DNA of 63,752 nt, filler included, from Sphacelaria rigidula (lineage: Eukaryota), in NCBI GenBank assembly GCA_964200075.2. It is 4 parts of 4 records of this genome, joined end to end, with 100 filler letters (N's around TTAATTAATTAA, not from the genome) between each part and the next. Parts side by side here need not be neighbours in the genome. Positions count along the whole stretch, not along the records: positions 47,894 to 63,752 come from CAXNAA020001565.1; 3 more parts are not named here. One strand, 5' to 3'. This document shows, one piece after another, positions 51,401-63,752 of this stretch; positions within the stretch are counted from its first letter, which is position 1; each line of letters begins with the position of its first letter. The notes beneath the pieces are model-generated. The model was not told where the DNA came from, made no database searches, and saw nothing but the letters and a program-made list of their open reading frames with translations. Both the position numbers and the translations under genes were made by a program.

Positions 51401-54400
51401 TGCGTGAGTGCTGCTTCTGTTGTTCCTGCTATATTACAAACTGTAGACTTCACCTGCAAGCGTGTACAGTAGTTAGACGCCTCGCGTGCGCTGCGCTGTG
51501 CCATATTGTACTCCGACTATTCGAAGATGAGACGAAAATGATGTCGTGCGTTGTTGGTGTTGTCGATCACTGTATTTTGTCATAATCCATGATGCTGTGT
51601 GTTGTTTATTCCTTCAGGCTTCAGGCTTCGAGAAGGATATGACTATCGAGGCGGCGGAAGAATTTTTCAAGGACGCGGGCAAACCCTGCTACGTCAAGAT
51701 CATCCGAACGGGGAGAAAGCCGGACGAAAAGAGAGTTGGTGAGTTGCTCGTAGTTTTTGACCGGAAGTTTAGTTGTCGTGCGGTTGGTGTGTTGAAGATG
51801 CTGTGTACGAGTGTTGATGTTGGGTGCGTCATGCTCCTTGAAATGGACTTTGCCAATGAGTTTGTTCCTGCCTTTTTGTGTAGACTTTATTTCTCTGTCT
51901 GACTGCCGACTAATTGAGGATCTTGATTTTTGCGAAGGCGTTGGGGTAAAGGCTGCTTGCTCCCTCTACGGTACGTGACATACCAGAAACCCGACCCCGC
52001 AATTTTCGCTCGATGGTCGAGAGTTTAGACCCGATATTATGAGCGAGGTGCTAGTAGGATACACTTGAGATCATCGTAGAAGCAGCTCTTCCTCTTTGGC
52101 TTACTTTTTGGAGCTGGGTCCATTTGACTGACTTTCTGAAGAAACTGAATACGCGCTCATTTTCGGAACATACCACTTCAAGGATGATCTGAACATTACC
52201 ATTTTGAACTTCTTCACAGTTCAGATCCCAACTTTCAAACCTCGAACGAAAAAATCCTATATATCAGATATGTCCACAAAAACACATGGATTCCCGAGGG
52301 CGTGGAAACTCCGTATATTGTTTTAGATATATGACCCAATAACACAGTATTCGTTTTCGCGGTAAGTCTCGGAAGGCGGCCTTGCAGTGACCGTTAGGAT
52401 CCGAACGAGGTACCGTTGTTCATGCCTTTCTGTCAAGGTCAAGGTCAAGTACACGCGCTCCAATTTTTAGCGTAATCGAGTGATAATTTGTGCATGCTTG
52501 GATTTTGCGCCAAATTGCCACAATTGGTTAAATGCCACCTAAGGCCTTTTTTGGTGTCCATATATGGTTCGAAATGATGATTGTGCCTGGATGGCCGATC
52601 GGAGCGCACGGGGAGCGCCCGGCGCCCTTTAGGTTGACTATCCTATACGCTTGCAAGGGACCTCATTGTGTTGCTTTCTGGTGCTGGTCATCGTTTTTGC
52701 GTTGGAGACACCTTCTTTTGTCTCAAGTTGTGGGACCAGCCTGTTTGGGTGATAGTGATACAGATTGCGGGTATTTGTAGTCTAACGTTTGATCTGGAGT
52801 CATGGGTATCAGCAGGAACTGATGGAGCCACAGTGTACGGCAATCTTGATATTCGTTCGACGGTGATCGATGTGCTTCGGGATCATTTACCCGCACTTCG
52901 CACTGTTTGTTGAATGATCAAAAACATTACTGTTTACTGTTGTGACTGCTCTGACTGCACGGTGTGCACAGGACGTACGTGGATGACACCTTCATCAACC
53001 AATTAGCATTCACGGTGACTAGTTTGTGGTAAAAACAGCCCTCGGCGCTCCATACATCACAGCAATCCTTTTGACTGTCTGGGCGTTACGGGAGAAATGG
53101 GACGTGTCGGTAATGTTGTCGTTTGTTCTCACGAAGTGACTGATGACACCGTCTGGTGGGGTTACCTGTCTCCCTTCGCGCCTTTGCTGCTCATGCCTCA
53201 CTCCTCATGCCGAATGTATTTCACGCATGTTCGCTGGCGGGCGCAGCTAAGATGTTCGTGGAGTTTGAAACGAAAGAGGGCGCGGAAGCTGCCATGAAAA
53301 AGCAGTACACCCATGATGGAGCCACCATTTCGGTGAGAGGAAGCGAAGCAACGTTAATTTTAAATTGAAAAGGAACAGTGGGACAAGATAAAAATGAGGG
53401 GAAAATCCCAACATGCAACATGACCCTTCTCGTGGAAAACGACATAATGTACTATCTACTATATTTCAAAGTACAAGATGACTTGCAAGTGATGCCATCA
53501 TCTTATCGACTGGGCGAAGATCGTGAGTCACTTCGTGACTCACGTGGTACAAATAACATCTTAATGTATATATATTGGTAAACAGCTGTAACTCGAGTGT
53601 TGTATGTCGTATCGGCTTTACACTGTACACACGCTGTCCACCTCGCATGCGTTGACGTGTTGACATCCTCGCTGTCGTGTTTGTTGCATATTCGGCATCT
53701 CGTCTCTCTGTCTTGTGCATGGGCACACCGTATTCTTTTTTTCCAGGTGGAAAATTTGCCGCCCAAATCCGAGAGGAGCGACAAGAAAAGTGAGTTCACT
53801 AGATCACACTACACTACACTACACTACACTACAGTTCAGCATATTGTACAGTACAGGATAACATGTACGTTTGAGGTGGTGTTTGCTACTTTATTCTGCT
53901 TCCTCTACCGTACAAACGTGCAGGACTTTAAGCCTTCTATCCGGCAATGTCGGCACATTGCCATGTATTTGTAGGCGCTGTCGGGGCATTTTGAGCTGAA
54001 ATGAGCTGAGCGGGGTGCTCATTTTTCGTGCTTTGTTTTGGTCAATACAACTACGAGTATACAACTACCAATATATATATTCATATTCATATCCATATAT
54101 TTTCGTGTATCACAAAGTGAAGGCGGGTGGGGTCAGCGTTGCAATCGGGAAGTGGTGGTCCATCCACGCGTACACTGCAAGTGCTGCAGTGCTTGCTGCT
54201 GTATGTGAAGCGCTGGGTTGGATGAATGGTGTAGAGTGCTCGCTGCCCGGTATGAAGGTGTGGTGCCTTGCCCCGTGGGAAGCTAACCGCAATCGTTGCC
54301 TATTGCCTGTCGAGTCGCTGGGTTGATGGCGCGTTTCCTTCGGGCGCGGCCGTACAAGAATTCAGTACTAGAGTTTTGTCGCTGATTTCATGGATGGTAA

Positions 54401-57400
54401 AGTAGTGCTAGTGCTATTCTATGTCGTTGCCGTCGCCGTCCCCGCTGACGTGACTTAACTTTCTCGGCTCTGATGTCGCTTGCTGTATGTTGTGATGTCA
54501 TGCTCTATTCGTTCTGTGCTTTCTCTGTTCGTCCTGGCTGTTGAAGAACCCGAGCCGGAGCCTGAGCCCGAGGCTCCTGCGCCGGTGCAGTACGAGCCTG
54601 GCAAGATCATCCACGTGAGTACGAGGTAGATGGATGCTGTGTTCCGTAGCGTTAGTGTAGAGGTATTGCAGTCATTTCCATCGGTTAGGTGTGTACACCT
54701 GCTGGGGGGGAGTGGTTCATGCTTTCATCGTTCGTGTTTGGTGGGTGGCGTGAGATAGACAGACGAGCCTGTCGAGTCCAACATATGACTAGTTGCGATG
54801 CCACGCTCGGCCATAGTCGCTCACCACGGGCACCCACTAAACTATTAATACTGCCCCCTTTCGTTGAGTAATCTTCTATTGCAGATGTCTTATGGGCTTG
54901 AGGTATTCGACACAGGGAGCAGTAGTGCACTCATGATATTGGGATTTTGCCTTGATGCACCAGAGTGGGAAACTCGACCGGGTTTCCCGCCGCCCACCCT
55001 GCCCGATGTCTTGTGATGCGGTAGACGCCTTTTTCTCTTCCGACCATCTCTCACGACTCAAGACTACTCCCGTCCGCAGAGCCTGCTCCAGTGCTCGCCG
55101 TGTTGAGTTCACGCTTGTGGCTGTACAGTACTTATGGGTGTGAGCACACATGACTTACATTACTCACGGTAGAGTCACTCCCTCGTGGGTGACCAAATTA
55201 GCCAGCAAGCTGCTGGCTCATATTGGAAACCCCTGGCGGATGTTGTGGAGGGGGCAGGGCTTCTAAACTGGGGAAACCTGAGCAATATTCTTCCCACGTG
55301 TTGCCTTGAAAGTCCGACACCCCGCAACCCCCTTTGGATTGCCCAATGTTATCTGCATACCCTGTTTATCTATAGATCGCGGGTATTCCTAGTGAGGACG
55401 TTAGCCGCGAGTTCCTGAAGGCCAAGATGTCGGACTATGGCACTCCCAAGTACATCGACTTCCGTTTCGGCGCTGTCGAAGCTTGGATCAGGTGTGATGA
55501 GAAAAAAAATGATGTCGCTATTGGGGTGAAGTTATTGGTCATCGCTAGTATCACTGTCACTGTCCACGATAGCGTTTCGTAGCGCCGAATTCGTCTGTCG
55601 AGTTTCGTCCCGACGCGACTTTGACTTACTGTGGCTTGAACATATCATGTACTCTTATAGCTACCGTCGGTTACTGTTGATGTTGGCATTCTAGGCCTGA
55701 TGTATGTGACCGTAGCGGGCCATGTCGTGCGGGTGTAAGCCGTGCGTGTTGGCCTTTTCGTTTCTATCGGAGAGGGGATTAGTGTTGTCGTTGCTGTCCC
55801 GTGACAAGTGTCCCGTGACAAGTGATATTTATGGTCATGCGGTTGCAGACGCGAGCGGCAATGTTTGTCGACACGGATGATACCGGTGTACGTGCTAGTC
55901 TATGGTAACCGGATAGACATCGCGTACAGGTTGCCTGGCAGTCATCTGTCACGGCGGTATATCTATCAGATATGAAACTGAACGGTGTCGCTGCTTTTTT
56001 CGTTCCTGGAGTACTGGTGCACTAATTCTATCACTACTGATGGACATGGACGTGGATGATATCTACTATTTTATGCGAATCTTTTGGGAGCCTAATATTT
56101 TCCTCGGGACCGGTACCAGATGTGTGACCGACCGCCAATTTTGTTGCTTTGCTCTCAAAATATTCCTCCTTCTCGTTTTTCGTCCTTGTAATTTTTTTTC
56201 TCCACGTTGCCCTTGTTTCTTGATTGTTGCCTCTTGTTTGTCTTTAGCTTGCCTCCAGTACTCGTAGTTGATTGATTGATTTATTCCCTCACATTAGCTG
56301 ATTGCAACAATCCGGCCCGTGGTCAGGAGCAGCAAAAATAGAACAGAATAATGAAAGATATACAAAGAAGAAAGAAAAGAACAGAAGAACGACAGAAGCA
56401 ACGGCCTCAGAAAGGAAAGAAGGGGGGCAGCGATAACAAGAAGAAACAGTAGTGTTGCTCAGCGAGTGGTTCCGTTTTGGTTCACCCTGGGTACGTCTGT
56501 TTTGCCCTTGGCTTCATTCCGAGCGGCAGATGAGTTGACGCGAATGTACCATGACCGACCAATCGCACTCACAGGTGCATTAGTATATTCAAACCAAGTA
56601 ATCACTATTGTTATTGTCGCACATGCTTATGCCCCGAGCCACTCCCACTAGTACTTCAAGGGCAGGTCGAGTAGAGTATGTACTTTTGAGTACTCGAGTA
56701 TACTCGAGTATTTACTTTACTCAAAGTTTGATTAGGTCGAGTACGGCCTCGAATAATCTACTCAAAACTCGACCTCAAATACTCTTGTCAAATATTGAGT
56801 AAGCCCTCTCAGTAATACTCGGGTACAGAGTATCACTTGGGTGTGACCTCAACTACTCTACTCATGTGTTTGAGTAAGCACTCTCAGTAATGCTTGAGTC
56901 TAGAGTATCACTTGAGTATGTTCTCAATACTCTACTCAAATTCTGAGTAGGTCGAGTACAGTCTCACATACTCTGCTCAAATTCTGAGTGAATCGAGTAC
57001 GACCTCCAGTACTCTACTCAAATACTAAGTAAGCTCTCTCAGTAATGCTTGAGTATAGGGTATCACTTGGGTATGGTGAGTATCCGTGACCGTCGGCGAC
57101 TTCGTGACGTCACTTCGGACTATGCTGAATACATGGGCGAACGGTGGCCATCAATGAGATAGGTAGCGTTACATCACAGGCTACAAGAAGTATGAGCGAG
57201 TGATGATTGTAAAAAAATCAAGAAAGCGTGTAGGTGAATGAACGGTGCAAGACTTCGACTGCCCAATACTCAGATATAATTTTAACGCTTTCAAGGACCC
57301 CCACCAGTCGACACGGTACAATCCGAACGCCCTTTGACAATACCCCAATATTCGTTCGATCCTAGTTTCACCATTTGGTTCTGATTCAAATGCTTTCTCG

Positions 57401-59412
57401 AATATACTGTAATCGAATGTTTGCTGAAGTTTGATATTAAATTGGCACTAATCATGGGTGGGCAACTCTGGGAATACCTCGGCATTTCTTCTACTCGAGT
57501 TTGAGTATCTTGCGTACGAACTCGAATGCTGAAGTTGAAGTTATAGGTTTTCGGTACATTGGGTCCGGCCTCAGATACTCTACCCAACTTCCGGGTAGAT
57601 TGGGTATGGCCGCGAATATTCTACTCAAATTTTGAGTGGATTGATGATGACCTCAAATACTGTACTCAATTTTGGAGTAAGCACTCTCAGTAATACTTGA
57701 GTATAGAGTATCACTTGAGTATGTTCTCAATACTCTACTCAAATTTCGAGTAGGGCGAGTACGGCCTCAAATACTCTACTTAAATTTTGAGTAGATCGAC
57801 CACGACCTCCAATACTCTACTCAAATTTTGAGTAGATCGACTACGACCTCAAATACTCTACTCAAATAATGAGTAAGCACTCTCAGTAATGCTTGAGTAT
57901 AGAGTATCACTTGAGTATGTTCTCAACACTCTACTCAAACTTTGAGTAGAGCGAGTAGAGCCTCAAACACTCTACTCAATTCTTGGGCAGATCGAGTACG
58001 GCCTCCACTACTCTCCTCATTCTTTGAGTAGATCGACTACAACTTCAAATACTTTGAGTATATCGACTACGACTTCAAATACTCTACTCAAATATCAAAT
58101 AAGCACTCTCAGTAATGCTTGAGTAAAGAGTATGACTTAAGTATGTTCTCAATACTCTACTCAAATTTTGGGTAGATCGAGTGCGACCTCAAATACTCTC
58201 CTCACCCTTTGAGTACTACAAGTATTACTTTTCGAAAATACTGAGTATTGAGATTGAGATACTCTACTCGACCTGCCCTTGTAGCAGTTGCAGCTGAAGG
58301 ATTCACTGTATGATGGTATGATGGTGCCAATGCGAATGTTGATGTTTCCCCGTGCAGATTCGACGAGGCTTCAGAAGCAGCAGCAGCAGTGGAGGCAACG
58401 AAGGATGGTTTGCCAATGGTGACGAAGGAGGGCACGGAGACGACAACGACCACTGTCACTCTGGTGGAGGGAGACGATGAAAAAGCATACTACGTGAGTG
58501 CTGTATTTGCTCTCGCTGCAGGGGAACCATCGATGTTGGGTACAAGTGGAGCTTGTGCTTTTCGTTGATCTGATCGAGCTGGTTCATATGGATCGTAGAC
58601 ACCGTAACTGCAGCTGGTTCATATGGCTCGTAGAGATACGTTCTCTTATTCGGCGAGCAAACGCGTTGAGTATGCCATGAGAGTTAACCTCGACTGTGAA
58701 CGGGAAGCGCTTTCGCCTCTTGTCGTTGCCCCTCGTGACGCGTTTTCTAGCTGCTGTTCGGCATGGGTAAATTTGGACTTCTATGCTTTTGTGGGTAGAC
58801 GCAAAAACTGCTTCAACGAAGTTTTGGTTGTTTTTGTACATATTTATTCATGTGTTTTTCTCCCCCTGCTAAAAAATGGTGGTTGTGCTTTCGACAGGTG
58901 CATGTCTCACGTTTGTTTGGCGTTGTTGAAAATGCGCATCATGTCATGCTACGTCGGTGCTGGGTACGGCGCCCCAACCGCTTTTGAAACCGATCTGCGC
59001 TATCTGCAACCCCAACCCCGACTCTGAGCGTACATTGCCTCTTCAAATCCTGTGCAATAGCTTCTGATTAATCTCACCCCGACTCAAATGCTAGTGAGGA
59101 ACAGGAGCTATGCGCTGGGCACTGGGGGCGAGGCGAGGGAAGGAGAGGGGGAAATGCTCTTACTCATCTTCTCTTCTTTTCGCAATATGTGATGGTGAGC
59201 CTCCCTGGCAACTATCGACTCCAATTCGTTGTCTAATTTGCTTCTTGTGGACCTACATGAATGGTGTCGGATGCGTTCAGGAGAAGATGGAAGCGGCCAA
59301 ATTCGAGAAATATGAAAAGTACGGCAACAAAAACTCGAACAAAAAGGGCATGAGAGGAGGCAGAGGAGGCAGAGGAGGAAGGGGGAGATCAAGGGGCAGG
59401 GGAAGACGCTGA
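48404..59412 (+). CDS. SSB: La-family RNA-binding protein (La motif + RRM1 + RRM2/xRRM + RGG-rich basic tail); start exon not resolved
   Basis: Phase-consistent GT-AG exons: 48404-48532 (LEFYFGNSNFAWDRFM), 49321-49431 (GFVATETLLLFNKV), 50163-50282 (LKVSEDRKEIGRKEPL...RTVK), 51618-51738, 53247-53332 (MFVEFETKEGAEAA), 53747-53789, 54547-54614, 55376-55491 (SREFLK...KYIDFRFGAVEAWIR), 58358-58493 (LVEGDDEKAYY), 59281-59412 (RGG tail, TGA). The architecture fits genuine La; a LARP7-like or paralogous identity is not excluded. Confidence 0.88.
56657..58281. mobile_element. Non-autonomous hAT- or P-type DNA transposon (1625 bp) in a La-gene intron
   Basis: Perfect 23-bp TIR CAAGGGCAGGTCGAGTAGAGTAT. 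Flanks TAGTACTT / TAGCAGTT (degenerate 8-bp TSD). Extensive TACTCTACTCAAA / TTGAGTA subterminal arrays; no transposase ORF. Confidence 0.88.
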
Positions 59413-61549
59413 AATGCGTTAGCGTTTGTGGAGGCATGCAATATTGTCCGAGCGACAAACATGCCGCAAGACGCGCAATAGTATATCCAGAGAAGCGAGC
59501 GGCGTGTTGTGGAGTCGAGTCACGTGGTCTTCGATATCTGTAGAGCAGATTATATGATGTCAATTGTTGAGCAAGTGAATCCCAAACATTGTCAGGGGAA
59601 AATACATCCTTCATGTGTCGGGTTTGCACGTCGAATGGATGCTCGTAGTTGCCGTGGGAGTAAAGAGAGGTCAGAGGCCACCTACCTCGAAGCATGAAGG
59701 TGGTCGGCTTGAGGATAACGTGAGTCACTTGGGTTTCGAGCCATTCGCTCTTGACTGCATGAAAAGATTAGTGACTTCCAATCAGTTATTTCGAAATAAG
59801 GGGAACGATTGTTCGAGTGCGATAAGTGGAAGCAGAGCTGGTTCTGGTGGGGTGCTGATCGTGTGATGGTATGAGGTGCTGTGCATTCTGGGGGCATTTT
59901 GGTTCAGGGAGTTCGCGTCTGGGCTGTTGTCAGGCTATATCTTCCCAGCTCGACACATTCAGAAGCATTACTGTCCAGTCCGTTCTGGCACGGGGCCATT
60001 CCGATAAAAGAAAGCCAATTTTTGAGTTCAGTTATATCAGAACATGTGACTTGAACGCAGCGACGATGAACGATGTTCATCCTTCATGTATTTAAAGCAA
60101 ATGTGGAGCCGGGTACTCGACCAGTACGCGCTGACAGTACTACTGGTACTGGAAGTGCGCGGGTGTAGGGAAAATAGCAACCAGTAGTGTCGAAAGAGCA
60201 GCCAGGAGTGTCAGTACTTTTATCTACGCCCGTTGCGCTATAATGTCTCGTTGTTGAACAGAAACGCGTAGGATTGCGCCGCAAGTGAAGCTAGATCGCA
60301 TACTTTTGCTTTTCGAGTGTATACCCCTTGAAAGGACACAACTTGGAAGTAGTGTGAGAAGTGGTGTGAGACGCGCCTTGGGGCGCTCAAAAAGTTCGGG
60401 TTTATCACATAACCTCGAAGATGTTGGGCAAACCAGCAGCAGCTACTGATACAACTGTTGGCTGTGCTGACATTCGAACTAATGTAGGTTGAGCGTTTTG
60501 AACCACGAGGACACCAATTGGAGACCCCCCAGGAAAGATGCTGTTGACCAAAGCGAAGTAATTCGTGCGATGAATACCCTCAAAATGGTGAATTCCTGCA
60601 CATGCTCCCCTTACATGCCGGCATCACTATCTTCCGTTGAAATGAGTGTATTTGACGCCCGGATGATCCCGCAGCAGGCCGGTCGGAACAACAGTATTGG
60701 GTGAGTGTAGGACAGCGTGAAAGCAGTGTCTGTGCTGTTCTAACTGCATTACTCTGGCTGCTGCATTGTGGGCGGTTGGGTGCTTGTATTCTTGGTATTT
60801 CTCTGAAACGCACGATAACTCGTAGTAGTGGGCAATTATTGTCGTTCTACCGTCGGATCGTAAATCCATTAAACGATCCACGTGCCCGAAAGCTGCTTGT
60901 TTATTTTCAGCGGTCCATTCCAATTTCCAAATTGGTTGTCTCGGGCTATTCCAGATTCGGCATTAGATTTCTGTTGCAGAAAACACTCTCGTTTTTTCGG
61001 AATAGTTTTTGAAAAAACAAGCAGAACTTTTCGAAAAACTGCTCAAAACATGACTCTATTATATGGAGTACAGGCTACTGCACTGAACACAAGACAATTC
61101 TGCAGTGGTATATGGACTACAGAGTACTAAACTGAACACAGGACAACACAGCAGTTCTGCAGTGTTTTTTAGTTCGAGACCCTGAAGACGGATTGTATAC
61201 AGTATGCATCAGCTTCTCTTGTTGCAAAATTCATAGTGTCCAGCTGCTGCTGTTGTACTACTACAACACAGCAATATTTTTTTCAGAGTATGTAGTCAAA
61301 CGAACAAGGCGCTTCCCACACCCATCATTTTCTTCCTGTAGTTGTCGCTGTGCTGTTGTGCATTTGAACACTTTTACGACGAATATGGTGGGATGTGCGC
61401 TGGAGAGTGCCTGAACAGTTGTAGAGCGAATACTGGCGCGTGCCCGGCACATGCGAAGGTACAAAATATCACGCCCACCTCTGAACTCAGCCATCCCACC
61501 TTCGGAGGGAGGACGGCGAAAGGCGCTTTGACCGGTACTATCTGCAAAT

Positions 61550-62036
61550 AACACGGGATCTTACAAATGGGGGATGGATCTTTTATAAGAGGATGAGAAA
61601 CCCGAAGAATTAAAATCTTCGTATCCACACGAAATCTTCGGAATATGGTTCCATTTCTTCACCTACAGATAGCCATTGACAAACTGCTACACGCCATAGA
61701 AATTTGGATTTCGACCACCCAACTGTTGGTGTCCCAGGTGAAAAAATAATTTCGGAACCATTTTGGCGTCCGTTTAGGTGAAAAACCAATTTAGGGGAAT
61801 TTCGGGTGTCCGAACGGACGCCAAAATGGTTCCGAAATTATTTTTTCACCTGGGACACCAACAGTTGGGTGGTCGAAATCCAAATTTCTATGGCGTGTAG
61901 CAGTTTGTCAATAGCTATCTGTAGATGAAGAAATGGAACCATATTCCGAAGATTTCGTGTGGATACGAAGATTTTATTTCTCCGTGTTTCTCATCCTCAA
62001 TAAAAGATCCATCCCCAATTTGTAAGACCCCGTGTT
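61550..62036. repeat. Long inverted repeat (~225-bp arms, 38-nt loop)
   Basis: 61550-61774 is the reverse complement of 61813-62036. The inner ~160 bp shows two mismatches by eye. Confidence 0.95.
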
Positions 62037-62377
62037 GAATATGATTTCGGATGTCAGCCTGAGTTCTTTCCCACGGAAAATCTCGTTCCCTTTCCTCAGG
62101 ACCTTGCCAAGGGTCTGTCAAAGATGTGTTGCGGGACACGTGGGCCCCAAGATCGAAAACTCGAGTTTTCGAGGGGGGGGGGGGGGGGGGGGGGGCGCAC
62201 CCAGCCTGCTGTCCCCTAGGTTTTCGCCGAGGCGCTGGCGGATGCGATCAGCTGGGGTGTACAGAGATTCTTCGCATGGGGACCGCTGAGATGAAGGACA
62301 CACCGCTCCTCCAAGCTCATCACCTACCATGGTTACATTTATGGGATCATGTTCTGTGTTGTGTGCCTCGACTACCT

Positions 62378-62487
62378 CACGCGTGGCCACTGGGGTGCCT
62401 GTAACCTCAAATTTGGATGTTGCAGACCTTGTGCAACGTCTGTAACGTCCAAAGTTGAGGTTACAGGCACCCCAGTGGCCACCCGTG
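62378..62487 (+). repeat. 110-bp near-perfect hairpin (pre-miRNA-like or mini-MITE)
   Basis: GTGGCCACTGGGGTGCCTGTAACCTCAA ... TTGAGGTTACAGGCACCCCAGTGGCCAC forms a 28-bp perfect stem that extends inward with a few mismatches to a very small loop. Confidence 0.9.
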
Positions 62488-63752
62488 CTGCTGTCGCAGA
62501 CGCAAAGATGTGTCTGTGTTAGGCACGCAGGGACCTCTACCTATCGGGGACACGTTTCACACCAGACTTCACTGGCTACCTAAATTACCGTGGCACTTTC
62601 ATTCCGATACGGTCAAACCTACGGTCGGACCACGCAACACAGAGTGGATCTTGCCTGTCTCAGTCCCAGTGCAGAAGTGAAGATGTGCGCAAGCACCTTG
62701 CTCAGCATGTGGGTCGATCCTTGGTGGATGATTCGTGTCGTTAGCAGTGGTCAGCAGATACGAAGTGCAATACAATAGTCGGGCGACGATTATCAGTTTT
62801 GCCTTCAGAATTGGTTTGCTTTCGTGTGCTTTTCTCTGTGACCCGGTAGGGGGCGGAGTTGCACGATATGTTTCCCACCAAGTCATCATTAGACTGAAGA
62901 AGGTGTAGCCATGATCCAATTGCTCTATAGTCCACTATACAGGGTCATTATCCACCCTGTAACACGCCCACATCTACCGAAAGGTGGAGACCGGCGTCCA
63001 TAACAGATGGAACGACAGCACACTCGACGTTTCGCAGTACACTTTCAACATCGTGTTCGTACTGTCTGTAGAAATCTTTTGTCCACGGTTGGGTACATTT
63101 TCCATATAGAATGCAGGAGCAACATCTGGGCGAGTTGCAGGTAAGGCAATCGCCGAAATATTCACCTGCAAGCTCTGCTCCAGCGCACTGTAAGTTGATA
63201 TCGCTAGAAGCACACTACCATAACCATCTTGCCGGCTGCCAGACTGTCACAGACTATCAGGACGTAAAATCCGCTAGCATTGCTGCTGTCAGATACGGTT
63301 TGGAGCATGATACTCGATGTAGATCATCCTTGTACATGGACGCCAAACTCTGGGGGTTTTTACTCAAGACTTGGACTTGGAGGATGATACTAGGTGGGCA
63401 GCGGCAACTGCTGTTTGCCCAGGCCCCCCTTGGGGCAGGATGGGGCACCCTAAAGTCGGATCCGCATTCACGGATATAAAAAATCAAGAGAAACAAACGT
63501 GGAGCGGAACTAGGACTGGCCACAGAGGAAACAAAGTGGCCAACAACAACAACGAAAAAGCACAAAAAGGAACAAATATATAAAGCAATAGTACACAGCC
63601 AGGAAAAGGGTACCGCAACTCTGCATCGATTCGGGACAAGAAAATCAAGAAACAGAGGAGCCGCGTAGGCGCTATAGGACCAGAAAAGGCTATATAAAAC
63701 AAGCAAAAGTGGCTATGGAACCCAGGGGAAACGTAAAAAAAAATGAAAAAAA

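Noticed and set aside
56680..58270. CRISPR-like or satellite array of TACTCTACTCAAA repeats
   Set aside because: Enclosed by 23-bp TIRs and has no unique spacers; explained as transposon subterminal repeats.

Overview
Eukaryotic, intron- and repeat-rich nuclear DNA. Gene style and repeat content suggest a stramenopile, most likely a brown alga (inference). The window is not one locus. It is four contigs of 15866, 15866, 15861 and 15859 bp joined by artificial 100-bp linkers (44 N + TTAATTAATTAA + 44 N), i.e. size-sorted unplaced contigs, so neighbourhoods across linkers carry no meaning. Contig 1 (1-15866): a near full-length decayed RTE-type LINE, nested TIR elements, a ~62-bp minisatellite and two possible orphan exons. 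Contig 2 (15967-31832): nine internal exons of a TPR/Mlp1/NUA nuclear-basket coiled-coil gene. Contig 3 (31933-47793): a complete 5-exon IMP3 gene (- strand, 184 aa) head-to-head with a CACYBP/SIP gene whose 3' end is missing. Contig 4 (47894-63752): a La-family gene (La motif, RRM1, RRM2, RGG tail; 5' end unresolved) followed by two long hairpins. The observations most worth following up are a La motif lacking the conserved Gln, a LINE plus a non-coding repeat sharing a C-tailed 3' end, several MITEs with CAYAC...GTRTG ends and 8-bp TSDs, and two hairpin small-RNA candidates. No CRISPR array or prokaryote-type system is supported. All homology calls come from motif recognition by eye; no searches were run.
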